A DNA stretch of 64,000 nt. Origin: Eledone cirrhosa. Taxonomy: Eukaryota. A model generated the notes under the pieces. That model saw nothing but the letters and a program-made list of their open reading frames with translations, ran no database searches and was not told the DNA's origin. Position numbers and translations under genes: made by a program. Shown here piece after piece: positions 38,379 to 52,399 of this stretch (its first letter is position 1; every line of letters begins with the position of its first letter). The stretch is from assembly GCA_964016885.1 (NCBI GenBank), contig OZ024742.1, forward strand, positions 75,516,001 through 75,580,000. The letters run 5' to 3'.

Positions 38379-41300
38379 TCGAAATATAATACGTGAATGT
38401 AATAGGTAAAATCCATGGGGCTGAAAATCGAGACCCGAGGGCGACCGCTATTCTGTTCCTTCAACCTCAGCCGGTCGCCCTGGAGTGACGTGGCTAAATT
38501 TTATAGTATGCTACTACCGGTCAGATGAACGAAAACAGAAAGAGATGGGAGCATAGGTTAACGTCGATCCCATGACACAAGGTAAAAGAAAGAAAGAAAG
38601 GAAGGAGAAGAAGGGGGAAGAAAGAAGAAGAGAAGTCAGGGTTAATGTCAGCTAAAAGAGGAAGGTAACTACTACTGGTCAGATATAGGCAAGCAAGAGG
38701 GGGAAGGAAGATAAGTCTACGGGAGGAGGAGAGGAGAGAAGGAAGGGAAGAGAGAAGTAGAAAAGTAAGGGTTGATGGCTACAAGAAGGAAGATAGAAAG
38801 GAAGAGGAAGAAAGGTCGATATTAATGTCGGACCACAGTTAAGCCAGGAGTGGCGCGAGAAAATTTTCACAGGGACCCGCATCTTAGCGGAGATGAATAT
38901 ATTGGGAGTCAGTGTTTTACAGTGTTTAGACTTCTAGGATGAAGTTAAAAAAATTTAATAATCAATATTCAATATTAAAGAGGTTAGAAAATTTAAAGTT
39001 CAACAGTTTAACAATTAATTATATAATAGTTCCGATTTGTTCTGTAATTTAAAGGTACCATTTGGCGGTTAAAACAACGGCCGCGCCCCGGGCCCCATGG
39101 CGAATTAAGCCACGCCGAGTATTTTCATTTACTGAAAGAAGGGGAAATTTATTTTTCCAAGCACTCCAGGTGAGCTCGTTCGCCAGGGAGCTGGTCGCGC
39201 CGCCATTAAAACCCACCCAACAGTCCGATAGAAAGTTGGAACTTTAAAATTTAGCTTAGAGAAGGAAAAGAGTAATGGTTGATAGCTACAAGAAGGAAGA
39301 TAGGAAGAGAGAGGAAGGAAGGTCGATATTAATGTCACACCACATTCGGGCCAGGAGTGGCGCGACAAAATTTTCACAGGGACTCGCATCTTAGCAGAGG
39401 TGAATATATTGGGGGTCAGTGTGTTACAATGTTTAGACTTATAGGATGAAGTTAAAAAATTAATAAATTAATAATCAATATTCCATATTAAAGAGGTTAG
39501 AAAATTTAAAGCTCAACAGTTTCAGGTTGATATATATAATAGTTCCGATTTGTTCCGTAATTTAAAGGTACTATTTGGCGGTTAAAACACCGGCCGCGCC
39601 CCGGGCCCCATGGCTAATTAAGCCACGCTCAGTATTTTCATTTACTGAAAGAAGGGGAATTTATTTTTACAAGCACTCCAGGTGAGCCCGTTCGCCAGGG
39701 AGCTGGTCGCGCCGCCGCTAAAACCCACCCAACGGTCCGACAGAAAGTTGGAACTTTAGAATTTTGCTTAACTCTATCGGATGAAGTTGAAAGAATTCAG
39801 AATAACATTATGAAACTAAGGAGTAAGAGGATTGAGAATTGAACAAACAGAAAATTGAAGATTAGACATTCAAATAACTTCTATGAGGTTTTGGGTTGCG
39901 GGGTTTAATTAAATAGACTTTTATGAAGAAACGTTAATTGTATTATGTAGATCTGTAATTTATCCTAGTGGGATGTAGAGTACGGGATATAGTCGTGTAA
40001 TGTTTAATTTTTGTTCTCAGGAGGAGACATTCTAGTGTCGTGTGCTAATGGGTACAGGTCCCAATGTGAGGAGTAGAAATACATGGATACATAGAAGTGG
40101 AATACGTGGAAGAGCTAATGGGTACAGGTCCCAATGTGAGGGGTAGAAATACATGGATACATAGAAGTGGAATACGTGGAAGAGCACATTGGTACAGCAG
40201 AGGTATAAATATATAAACATATCAATATATAGGTATAAACATGTAAATAAACCAACAAGAGTGGTGTTGGAGTAAGATGGAGAAATCAGGACATTAATAC
40301 AGCAAACAAAGATGTGAAGATATAGATAAACAAACAATAGTCGTTGTCTAGTAAATGTAGAGTTCAAGAGACAGGAGAAATACAATATAGTTCAGGTTGC
40401 GGTATTTATGTTCCCAGGGGGAAATATTCCAGTGACGTGTGCTGAGGGTACACGCGAGTAAAAGTCCGAATAAGGGAAGTAGAAAGTACATGGATGTATA
40501 GAGGTAGAATACGTGGAGGAGCATTAATACAGCAAATAAAGATGTAAAGATATAAATAAACAAACAAGAGTCGTTGTCTATTAAATGGAGAGTTCAAGAC
40601 ACAGGAGAAATACAATATAGTTCAAGTTGCAGTCAGATAATGCATATAGATGTGGAAACAGTGCGTGTTCGAGTCTGGGAGTTCAGTGTGAGTTATACAT
40701 GCCCAGAAGTATAGGGTAGCCATTTAGTTAATTCAGTGCAGTACAATACATGTTTTAACCGCCAAATAGTACCTTTAAATTACAGAACAAATCGGAACTA
40801 TTATATAATTAATTGTTAAACTGTTGAACTTTAAATTTTCTAACCTCTTTAATATTGAATATTGATTATTAAATTTTTTTAACTTCATCCTAGAAGTCTA
40901 AACACTGTAAAACACTGACTCCCAATATATTCATCTCCGCTAAGATGCGGGTCCCTGTGAAAATTTTCTCGCGCCACTCCTGGCTTGACTGTGGTCCGAC
41001 ATTAATATCGACCTTTCTTCCTCTTCCTTTCTATCTTCCTTCTTGTAGCCATCAACCCTTACTTTTCTACTTCTCTCTTCCCTTCCTTCTCTCCTCTCCT
41101 CCTCCCGCAGACTTATCTTCCTTCCCCCTCTTGCTTGCCTATATCTGACAAGTAGTAGTTACCTTCCTCTTTTAGCTGACATTAACCCTGACTTCTCTTC
41201 TTCTTTCTTACCCCTTCTTCTCCTTCCTTTCTTTCTTTCTTTTACCTTGTGTCATGGGATCGACGTTAACCTATGCTCCCATCTCTTTCTGTTTTCGTTC

Positions 41301-41448
41301 ATCTGACCGGTAGTAGCATACTATAAAATTTAGCCACGTCACTCCAGGGCGACCGGCTGAGGTTGAAGGAACAGAATAGCGGTCGCCCTCGGGTCTCGAT
41401 TTTCAGCCCCATGGATTTTACCTATTACATTCACGTATTATATTTCGA

Positions 41449-41506
41449 ATACCTGATGATATCACCGGATTCATACGGAACCCGGTCATTGAAATGATCA
41501 TAGTAT
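41449..41506 (+). ncRNA. Type I hammerhead ribozyme
   Basis: atac-CTGATGA-tatc accggattc atacg gaacccggt catt-GAAA-tgatca-TA-gtat, then aataaa. Confidence 0.85.
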
Positions 41507-41556
41507 AATAAACCTTTCAAGGATTTACACAAATCCAGCCTCCTGTCATTTCATTA

Positions 41557-41641
<85 letters not shown>

Positions 41642-41694
41642 GTATATATATATATACGCACATATTATGCATATACTTACATATATTATGTATA

Positions 41695-42170
41695 CTAGCA
41701 GAAAAACGACCCTTCGGGTGGTTTTGTGCTCGCATGTGTAGTGTGTATATTGATATTATACGCAAGTATATATACATGTAGATATGATACATCAAATAAA
41801 ATCGTAATTGACAATATACACACAAATTGAACGAAGACTGTGTTACACTCTCTTATGTAATTAGTAAAGTAATCCATGATACATTAAAGAAGTCGATATT
41901 ATATATAAACTGCATTAGGAGAAAATTAGTGACCGAAAAGTAGTGTGTTTATTTAGGCGATCGCTAACCGGAAGTGTTGACATTTCAAAAATTTTAAAGA
42001 AGTGAATCTTTAAATAAACAAAATATATTTAATCAACAGCCACGAAATTTAGTAGATAAATTATGTAATATTCATTATTATTTATTCAAATAATCCAACT
42101 TATTTTACTAATGGGATAAAAATTATAAACCTTACGCAGTACCGCCCTCCTCCCTTTATTATAGTTTAGA
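41695..42170 (-). mobile_element. Non-autonomous Helitron
   Basis: Minus strand: 5' TCtaaactataataaag, 3' hairpin accc gaa gggt then CTAG, A|T insertion site. Confidence 0.7.
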
Positions 42171-42764
42171 TAACACACACATATACATGTATATACATGA
42201 TGCCATGTCGATTGAAATCACAAACATAATTACTTAATCACGTTGCAATTTCCTTTTTCAGTGTTAGTAGATTTACGAAAAGGCATTCCTACTGGCAACA
42301 TAGTTTTTACACCACACACTAAAGGTATATTTCAGTTTTCAGAAATCAAGAGAGAGTAATTGTATTACATGTGAAATTACGAACGTCATTCCTGCATGCC
42401 TTACATTAGAACGCCCATTAATATGAAAGTATTTCCTCTTAGATCTGAAATTTCTGCTAAGTCCCACCTTATCTGCTGTGAAGAGCTCTAGAAAAGTACC
42501 GTGGCAGTTCTACTGCAGTCAAAAGTCCTGCAACCTTCTTTCTGAACATAAATTATTCTAGAATCACTAATTCCATGGATAAAGAACTTGTACACGTGGC
42601 CATAGTTGGTACTTTATAAATTAGAAATATTCAACTATTAGTCATCAAATAAATAATGTACCAATAACCTCTCAATATAAATGAACGATAGTCATATATA
42701 TCTAAACATTGCCGCTAATGATAGGATTCACAATCTATTGTTATCATTAATTGTGAATTCCTGA

Positions 42765-42948
42765 TATAGGCACAAAACCAGCAATTTTGGGTAGGGGAAG
42801 ACAATGCGTTACTGGTACTTTATTTTATCCTCCCCGTAAGGATGAAAGGCAAAGCTAACTTCTGCGAGATTTGAAATCAGAACGTAAATGGCCTTAACAA
42901 TATGCTACGACGCATGGGGTCCGATGCTCCACCGATACTGCCAATTAC
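42765..42948 (-). mobile_element. Diverged tRNA-derived SINE (33551 family)
   Basis: ggcacaa..ccagcaatt, gatgaaaggcaaag, gatactgccaat. Confidence 0.75.
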
Positions 42949-43059
42949 CATTTATAATATGAAAATTATATTCAAAGGTTTAATAATTTATTGCAGATAG
43001 CGCTTTAATCATGCATCGATTATTTACAATGTTGGATTCCCTTTTTTAAAAATAATTGA

Positions 43060-43240
43060 TTCTATTTTAGGCACAAGGCCAGCAATTACCCAGTACATTA
43101 CTGGTACTTTATTTTATCGACCCCGTAAGGATGAAAGGCAAAGTTAACCTCGGCCGGATTTGAACTCAGATCGTAAAGGGACGTAACTATGCTGGAAAGC
43201 ATGGCGTCTGACTCTCTACTGATACTGCCAATTCACCGCC
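43060..43240 (-). mobile_element. tRNA-derived SINE (33551 family)
   Basis: Close match to 34240-34428. Confidence 0.85.
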
Positions 43241-44444
43241 TTTTTTTTTAAATAATGCTCACATACCTGGAAAAATGCAGCTTCATAAATCATAATTTCA
43301 GATTGTGTTAATAGGGAGAGACTTACACACCTATACAGTAGAATCACTGGATTACAGGTGTGGTGTTTCATCTGTTTACCTTTTAGTCTATGATTCACGT
43401 TTACTCCATACGTCTATTTTTTCATCACTGTGCCCTATATGTTTCGACCAAGCATTTTTCCCTACGTTTATTATACGAAATCCTCTTTATTTTTGTATCG
43501 CAGAAGGATGAGCCAACAAAAGAGCCTATGCAAACAGTTACCAGCCAAACCTGTCTCAGATCATATTTCCTTTTTATAAAAGTAAATAAAATGGATAATA
43601 TAATGTGGTTGGTTCCAAGTTCAATGCAACTAAAGATAAAATAGATATAGATGGAATGCCTTTGATCGTAGATCTGCACGATTATTGGTGACAGGAGGCT
43701 GAACAAAACTGAATGGACGACGGCATTTAAAAATAAAAATATACATCACTTATGCAGTGCATACAATGACCATAGATGGTGTGGCTTCTCCTCAGAAAAT
43801 AGTATATATATATTTGTGTTTGACCTATGGACATAGTGTACAATATAATATGATATAATGTAGTATAAATTGTAATACAAAATATAACAACATTTACACC
43901 ATATAAGAATATATGGCATTCATATATAATTCATTATCAATTATATACTACAGTCTGTTTTTCAAGACCCAGAAAAATATCTTCATTTTCTTTAGCATCA
44001 CTATGATCAGAAAGAGTTGCTGCATACTTCTATGTCTTTAAAATATAAGCGCATTATACAGTATACTTACGAAAAGGGCTAGCTGCAGACCCATATTTTA
44101 TAACATATAACATATTTTTATGAATTTGATCACTCACTACACATTTAAACGTTTCTTAGATTGTCCGAGTATAGTGGGAAGAATCTATCTTAACACTAGG
44201 ACCCTCAGATAAATAGTTGCAATAAACTACAAGCACTAAATGCTCCGAAGGACCGTAATGGGATTTTAAACCGCTTGTCGACATAAGTTATATACACGTT
44301 TATATAACGTACTGGGGAACATTTGCTGGTAATAAATTATTGATTAGCGTATCAAATTTCGGACTTTAGGTCTAGTCTCCGCCCGGATCATATATTGTCA
44401 AACTAATCAGGCCGATTTGGAATATATAACTTAGAAGATGTTTA

Positions 44445-44946
44445 TACGAGGTGTATCAGAAAGGTAAAAAGGACTTGGTGTGGTGTGTGAGGTATGAAAG
44501 GTTAGCTGGTGGCGTCACTATGTGACGTAACATCCGGCAAGTATTTAGCTTGGATCTCAGACTTTGCAGTCATTTTATGTTTTTTCACGTTCTTTTGTTT
44601 ACAGCTTCTCAATTTTAAGCCGGAGAGCGATAGGCTCAGAGCAAAAAATCAGCCTGAAGTTTTTGGTCTGGCTGGGAAAAACTCAGAAGCACTCGGAATA
44701 CTGCAGCAAGGTCACGAAGATGAGATGTTGTGACGCTCACGAGTTTTCGAGTGACACAAAAGGTTCAAACAGGGACACGAGGATGTGTAAAACAACCCCA
44801 AGAGGGGAAGGCCTTCAATGAGCAAAACTAAGGCTAACGTTGAGCGTGTGTGGCAGGTGCTGCTTGGCGATCGTCCGCTGACTGTTCGCCTGATAGCAAG
44901 GGAGCTGGGCATGAACCGCGACCGCGTTGGGAACATTATCACTCAA
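44445..44946 (+). mobile_element. 5' fragment of a mariner transposon (TIR plus decayed transposase HTH region)
   Basis: ta-cgaggtgtatcagaaag TIR; EQKISLKF..LGKT and RGRPS...NVERV...DRPLTVRLIARELG. Confidence 0.75.
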
Positions 44947-45352
44947 GTACGTATAACGCCCATTATTAAAACAAAGGGAAATAACCCCAAGATGTAAATT
45001 AGAAAAGTGAAATGGTACATTTGTTAGTGTTCTAAAGCAGAATTATTGTATTGTTTGATGGAATGTAATATAGAGATGGTAATATTGATTAAAATATGGA
45101 ATAGAATTGTATAGAGGGTGTATTGTATTATTGTATTATGTAAGTGTGGAAAGAGAAAGAGAAAGAAAATATATAACGGATATATAAATCAAATTAAGGT
45201 GGTTGAAAATCAGTCGAATTTGTTGAATGTTTCCATTTAGTATGCAGTTGACATTTGAGATAGAGGCATCCACTAAAAATGTAACACTTTGTGTTCAATA
45301 GTTATTGTTCATATATATATATATATAATATGTTTCTATGTCTGTGAGCTTT

Positions 45353-45405
<53 letters not shown>

Positions 45406-45470
45406 GTCTCTCTCTCTCTATATATATATATTTATATTTCAGTGTGAGCTCCCCCTATCTCTCTCTCTAT

Positions 45471-45501
<31 letters not shown>

Positions 45502-46228
45502 AGTGGATGTGTGTGTGTGCGTTCTTGTTTGTGCGAAATACTACAACGTACATCATCCCGTCTTCGAAAACCTCCCATGCGTTACTGATAGCTACACATA
45601 GATTTAGAGGTGAAGGCATGCACACACACTGAACAAACATGCAAACTACACACATACACACACAAAGGAATACACCGAACGACTAGTTAATTATATTTTT
45701 CTTATGTGTTCATTCTAATTTTATCTCGAAGTATTTTTTTCTAACAATTTTCTCAACAATCAACCAATCGCCTGCGAAAGACTCATATAATCCAATAATT
45801 GCTCCAGATATACTGCTCCTGGTGAAACTATAACAAGAACCATTCTCACTTTCAGATTTGCTAAGGTGAAGAAGAAAACAAGAACAAAAGAAATAAACCA
45901 AACAAAACGAAACAAAAAAAAAATGCTAAAATTCAAAACAAAAAGACAGAAAATAGAGTGAAAGCAGAAATATATTTCACGCAGTGAATAAAAGAGGTGT
46001 TAAAAAGTTGGAACGTAATATTTAATTTAAATTTCTAATTTTATCGATCCAGAAGTTTCATCGAACTGTTTCTCCGCAATCCGCAAATAACATTAACGGT
46101 AAAAAGTGAATACTAAAAAAAAGCGAACAAAACAAAACGAAATAAATAAAAATGACGATAAAAATATCCATAAGTCGCATAATTTGATCATTGCATTCGT
46201 GATCATCATCATCATCATCATCATTTCA

Positions 46229-46293
<65 letters not shown>

Positions 46294-46489
46294 GTAGTAG
46301 TAGTACAACTATTACTACTAATACTACTGTCACTAACACCATCAGCACCACCATTGCTGCTGCTGCCTTATAGAACAATGAGAACAATATTAATTAAAAA
46401 TAATAACTATTTTAATACCGATAATTATTTGAAGGGCAGATATCAAGGTGGGGAAATAGTTGATTATATCGATTTATAATAATAATAAT

Positions 46490-47800
46490 GGTTTCATTTA
46501 TTGGCCACAAGGGCCGACATATAGGACAGAATACAATAGGCAGGGACAGTGGAGGGTTTACATAAGTAACGGGTAAAGCAATAACAAAATAACAATCAAA
46601 TACAAAAATGAAAATTCCCCAATAGGGAGGATAACCATCCGGGGAAGATTCAGGTACCCCACCAATCCCTAACCACCCGACGCTTCGAAGGCAACCGGGA
46701 AGGGCACTCTTCTTCTTAAATTAACCAGCCTACAGGCCCATGCTGAGAGTAGTCCCATTCACACGTGTCATTCTCGCAACATTCACCCACTTTTTAGCAA
46801 ATGTCCTGGGGAGACAATACTTCTCTCTCCACATTCACCTTCCTTTCCAAGTGAAACTTGAAAAATTGATGGGGGATTGGCCGAAAAGTTTCTGTCTTCA
46901 GCCCTTTCAGCCTGGTCCACCACACAACCTCTTTCGCTACCGCTATCAGACTGAGAAAAACTGTATGCCCTTCCCGGCCAAAAGAAGACGGTGGTGCGAT
47001 CTTTACTATGGTCTCGATCGATAGTCGGATCCGTCGAACACGAGATAATAGCTGTTCACCGGCGCGAACGTCCTCCGGAACAGACTGGTCAGTTCGATTT
47101 CATCGACGCCCAGAGCCTCTTCGAGAGTGTCGATGCATTTTGCCCACCACTCACCCCCTAACGAATTCGAGAGTGAAAGTTTCACTGACCGCATTGTCGG
47201 TTTGTTAGAGTGCTGTGAGCACCTGGCAACATTCCAATGCCAGGCACCCAGTCTAGTCTCTTCTTGTCGCAGGACTGCAGCTCAGTCAAAAAGATGAGCT
47301 GCGGAAAGACCTGTCTCACAAACGATGACTACACCTGTTCACCATTTAAAAATATATAAAGACGTCGTAAGCTCAGCTCATGTTTGCGCAGCATCAGCTA
47401 CTACAAGCTCAGCCCTCTGCATAGAGGGTGCTGCCAGCAAACAGACCACCTATCCAATGGAACCTGACCCTTCCACGTAACGGGGAAGAGTAGGCGTTCT
47501 AATTTGGTGAGATGTGACCGAGGGGCAAGGCATGGTTGTCATGCGTTAATAGATGACGGACGCGATGCATGCGTTCGCCACCTTCACCCGACCTTTCTGT
47601 AATAGCTTACTTTCGGCCTATTTGTGGGTGTGAGTGGGCACTCTACTCGTTACCTTATCCCAATTCTTGTCCAACTGGATGTCTTGCCTGAACCAGACTC
47701 CGAGAAACTTCACCAGTACGTCCCTCCAGCCTTCGTTGACGCCATTGAACGACATGGATTTGCCTCACCAGGCACGAGGGTGGCAAACCCACGGACTTAA
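46490..47800 (-). mobile_element. Decayed 3' part of a Tx1-clade LINE
   Basis: 3' motif cccttgtggccaataaa; EALGVDEIELTSLFRRTF and WVNVARMTRVNG homologous to ORF2 at 28900-29538. Confidence 0.8.
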
Positions 47801-48929
47801 GTTAATAGTTACATAAGGGAGGAGAGAGGATACCCTCGATTACGTGATCTGAACTGAATCTCATCTACAGTGAAGCTCTTGAATCATGGGCATTTAAAAG
47901 GAAACATGTAGAAAATTGAATAATTTAAGAGACGAGTGTCTGCGGAGAAAAGAGAACCAGTATTTAGAATGATATTGTAAGTTCAAATCGAATGCCAAAC
48001 GTCTGAATCAATGATTGCAAGGTCTTGAGTTTGGTTCCCTCACAGTGTCCTACGAAGTAAGACTGATGCACTGCTAATCATGTCTCACGACCAAGGTTTG
48101 AGTACTAAGTCGTTGATTAGAGTAATAATTTCACAAATTGTATTTGATGATAGAGAAATACCCAAGATAATATGTGACATCACTATCCCCACGGACCATA
48201 GACTTGAACAGAAATGACATGTTATGGTATTCATGCTCATAAATAATCGAGAATGCCTAATTGTTGCGGCTAACATGCCGGGAGACTACAGCATAACCTT
48301 GAAAGAAACTGATTACGAAACAAAATATATTGACTTTAAAATCAAAATTCTACGAATGTAGTCAATGACGTCCAGCATTATCAATATAATTCCAGTTGAC
48401 GTCCGATCTTCTAACTCTATACCATTGAAATTGATAAGGTATCTTAAGCAAATAAACCTCGAATCCCAAATGACTCACCATTAAACGACTATCCTGTTGA
48501 ACACGGATTATTTAATCAGGAAAGACAGTCTATCTAACGTCATTCTTGAGACACGAGAGGTAGCAGAAAGAACGTGACAAAAGCGATTATTAACAAACAA
48601 TACAAACGATAAAGCTAGCCCCAATCGTGGTGACAGTTGCCTAATTTCAATCAAAGAAAGCTCTGGCAGCCAAAGCGAAAGCTGTCACTGAGCTGAGTGA
48701 CAGCCTTTAGAAGAAGAACTACAACAACTAATATTACTACTTCGAAACACATAAAGCAAAGAATCAATACGAAAGGGATTTCCTAGCATTGCAAACGTCT
48801 GACACCACCACTGCCGCCACCGCCACCGCCGCCGCCGTCGCCACCACCATCACCATCACCATAACCACAAATGTGGTCGATGGACCTGAGTAGCAAAGGT
48901 ATGGTATGTCAATGTAGACACAATTCAAT

Positions 48930-50250
48930 CTTAGGTGTAACAAGATGAGCACGCTAGTTTGATTCCAAGCATTAGTGTACGTCTTTGCAGCGGAAATCTG
49001 TACAACTGTTCCGGGCAAGCAGAGAGACGGAGACGGAAGTGGACTATATTCTCTTCTTGACGGCCTATCACGACTCTTGGTGGAAGGTGCGAAATGCTGA
49101 GAAAAGCTGATACCAGCTGAAATACGTGAAGACCTAAGCGACTGTACGAAGCGAAGATCAACATGTTTTGAGGATTTACTCTACGGGTTTTAGGTAAATA
49201 TCGCAGAGTTGTTTGCCAATGTCCTCACAACTATTTACTGTAACTGGCAGCAGATCGGCTGGATTCCAAGTTCTGAAAGTCAGTGAATAGTAACACTGAT
49301 GAAGAAAAACCCGAACATGGGAGGCATAATTCCGATATTCTGAACCATAAACTTACTAAATACAGAGCTTAAGATTTTGGCCAAGATGTTAGCAAACATT
49401 TGGCGCTTATGATCATAAGTCTCGTTGATAGAGAAAGATCCGTGTATTTCCTACTAAGGCTAAACACGAAAAACCCCAGCTCATGGGATACATCATGTGG
49501 AGGGTAAGGAGTAAACCTGGTTTTGATGAGTTGACTATCTTGTAACTTTTCCTCAATTCAGCCGGTAACGGTCCCGTCTTCAAAGGCATCTGCTCAGTGA
49601 TTAGAGGAAATAGTCAGCTATCGGAACCGTTTCGGATAACGCGCTCGGATCATTAAGGATGTCATGTCTATTTCTTCTGTATTATGCCGACTCTCGAGCC
49701 CCTACTGCAGAAGTTGGAGCCATTGAGGTGCATCCCACTTGAATTGGGGCGTGGAATGGCTGCGTTTGCATATACATCACATATATATATATCACAATGA
49801 TGGTATCTCGAAATCGAGGTGCTCGGAAACTTTGAGAAGAGTACAAACGTTGACGGGAACATCGTGACTGAAAAGACTGTAAACAGACATATTCCTCATC
49901 GCTCAATTGACCTTTCCAAATTAAAATTCGAAAAAATGTATGTAAATTTAGTGAGGATGGGCCGAATGAATTTGTATATGTTAAACATGTGATGGTCAGA
50001 GAGGAGAGGGGCACTTCCCTATGGTGCTCTTGGAGAACAGGGTGGTTTCGGACTGTTGAGGGTTTCTAAATTATCCCTGGATTGTGCTCCTTGCTATTGG
50101 GCATTTCTCAAGTTATAGATTTCTTCTTAATTCTTAACTGGTTTCTTTCTTTACATGTTTGTTTATATGTAAATCAACTCTGTAACTGTTTATTCTATAT
50201 TATTCTATTGTTCTTACTACTTCCGGCCCTAGTGGACAATAAATATCTTT
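48930..50250 (+). mobile_element. Highly decayed Tx1-clade LINE fragments
   Basis: IYCNWQQIGWIPS and LLNTELKILAKMLAN remnants; 3' motif ccctagtggacaataaa at about 50226. Confidence 0.65.
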
Positions 50251-51052
50251 TTCTTCATCTTCTTATTCTTCTTCTAAACAACATGAACCCCGAAACTATT
50301 AAACATTAGATCAACGAAGCTCGCTATAAATACATCATATAACATTCAATAAAATAGAAAGATGGATCATTTACCATTTTGCTGGATTTTGAGTAGAGCA
50401 CGGAAGAGTTAGAAATTGATTCACAATTACATTTTGAATTTTTATTTTATTTAATTAACATTGTGGAATTTCTCACTGTTTTATGCAGTGCAGAGGAAGA
50501 TTTTAACTCTCGGAAATGGTTGCAAAGTCGATGAGAAATTTAATGGTAATTATGGATTCGATTGTAGTAGTGGTAGAAGTATTAATTATTATGATAGTAA
50601 TGATGATGCTGTTAGTTGTGTTCGGTTTCCCGAGTGATATTAAACTTTAAATAAGGCTTCTTTTTTGATACAGGCATTACGTGGGTTTATTTTTATTGTT
50701 TTAACTTTTATTTTCCTTTCCATCGGACTTTTCATGAAATAATAATTTAAATCAATAGCGAAATGAAAAACAAGAGAGAAGAATATTAAAAAGAATATTA
50801 AGGAAAAGTTGTATGTATAGAAATGCAGTTTACGAAGACGATCTGGAAAAATAGGTGGTGTAAAGCTATGAGAAGTAAGAACTAAATAAATACATATAAT
50901 TGTTTCTACTTTTGGCACAAGACCAGCAATTATCCCAGTGCATTACTGGCACTTTATTTTGTCGACCCTGTAAATAAATACATATAATGAAAACTATGTT
51001 GGCAATGATTATTATGATGATGATGATAAGGGTGTTGAAGGTAATAATAATA

Positions 51053-51091
<39 letters not shown>

Positions 51092-51092
51092 T

Positions 51093-51227
51093 TGTAAATT
51101 AAAGGTCGAAAACTGGGAGAGGGCACTCGCCTTGGTGGTCAGGGTCACTGTGGCCTTTTACTGGGCTTTCTCCACAAATGTTGCTCCGAAGTCTCCCCCC
51201 TATTGGGGAATTTTTCATTGTTATTTT
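51093..51227 (+). mobile_element. Short Tx1 3' UTR fragment, inverted relative to 56277-56413
   Basis: Near-identical reverse complement. Confidence 0.8.
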
Positions 51228-51231
51228 ACAA

Positions 51232-52027
51232 TGTATTGTACACTGTATATCCAAAAAAAAAAATGGCTATAAATGGAAGAAGAAGAACCCCCCCCTCCTC
51301 TCCTCTGGCTACACTATATAGGACAGCTAAACTCACCAACACCAGAAACTAGATACACCACCCACCCCATCATCTGTGTACACTAAACACAACAGCATTT
51401 TCACCTTCACCGCCACCGCTCACTACGGCCATCATTACCACCACTATCCCATCACCGCCGCCACCACCCCTTGACTCCTTCACTGCTGCTGCCACCGCTA
51501 CAGCACCATCACTACAGTAATACGGCTCAAATATTCAAATATTCAACTTTGTATTGTACACTGTATATCCAAAAAAAATAAAATGGCTATAAATGGAAGA
51601 AGAAGAACCCCCCCCCCTCCTCTCCTCTGGCTACACTATATAGGACAGCGAAACTCACCAACACCAGAAACTAGATACACCACCCACCCCATCATCTGTG
51701 TACACTAAACACAACAGCATTTTCACCTTCACCGCCACTGCTCACTACGGCCATCATTACCACCACTATAAATGGAAGAAGAAGAACCCCCCCCCCCTCC
51801 TCTCCTCTGGCTACACTATATAGGACAGCGAAACTCACCAACACCAGAAACTAGATACACCACCCACCCCATCATCTGTGTACACTAAACACAACAGCAT
51901 TTTCACCTTCACCGCCACCGCTCACTACGGCCATCATTACCACCACTATCCCATCACCGCCGCCACCACCCCTTGACTCCTTCACTGCTGCTGCCACCGC
52001 TACAGCACCATCACTACAGTAATACGG
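51232..52027. repeat. Three imperfect tandem copies of a C/A-rich unit of about 180-320 bp
   Basis: ctataaatggaagaagaagaaccccc... at about 51268, 51587, 51766. Confidence 0.85.
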
Positions 52028-52399
52028 TCGCATCACCGCCACCACTGCCTCGGTATCGACATCACCACCACCACTGTCTCAGTATCGCCAACGCCGCCAG
52101 TCTCTGCTGGCTGCCACTTCCACATTATAGAATTCCTACTACTAACAAAGAGGAAGGCATCAAAATATATAGATAGACTCAAAAGAAAAAAGAAAAAACA
52201 AACAACAAAAGCAGCACAGCAACAACAGCAAAAAACGAGAAAAACAAACAGAGAAAAACAAAAACAAAAAAAGAAACCCCAAAAACGTAAAGAAAATAAG
52301 AATGAAGAGAGAAGCAGGCGGACGGACAGAGAAGAGGGGGGAAAAAGTAAAACTTAAAAAACAAAAACTAAGTCAGGCATTCGAATACTACATTACAAT

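Larger units (their letters stand above)
38125..41563. mobile_element. ORF-less PLE-like composite with 813-bp inverted arms (38264-39076 / 40751-41563) and internal tandem duplications
   Basis: Arms are near identical; about 513-bp internal duplication (39061 vs 39574); about 60-bp and about 230-bp repeats at 40030-40630; (TA)n on both flanks. Confidence 0.75.

Noticed and set aside
39061-39240. GC-rich duplicated block containing ggcgaat / ggctaat, similar to an HDV J4/2 strand
   Set aside because: I could not build P1, P3 and P1.1 on either strand
43250-43740. Non-repetitive stretch with a CAG|GTATGT donor-like site on the minus strand (possible host exon)
   Set aside because: No sustained ORF or recognisable protein motif
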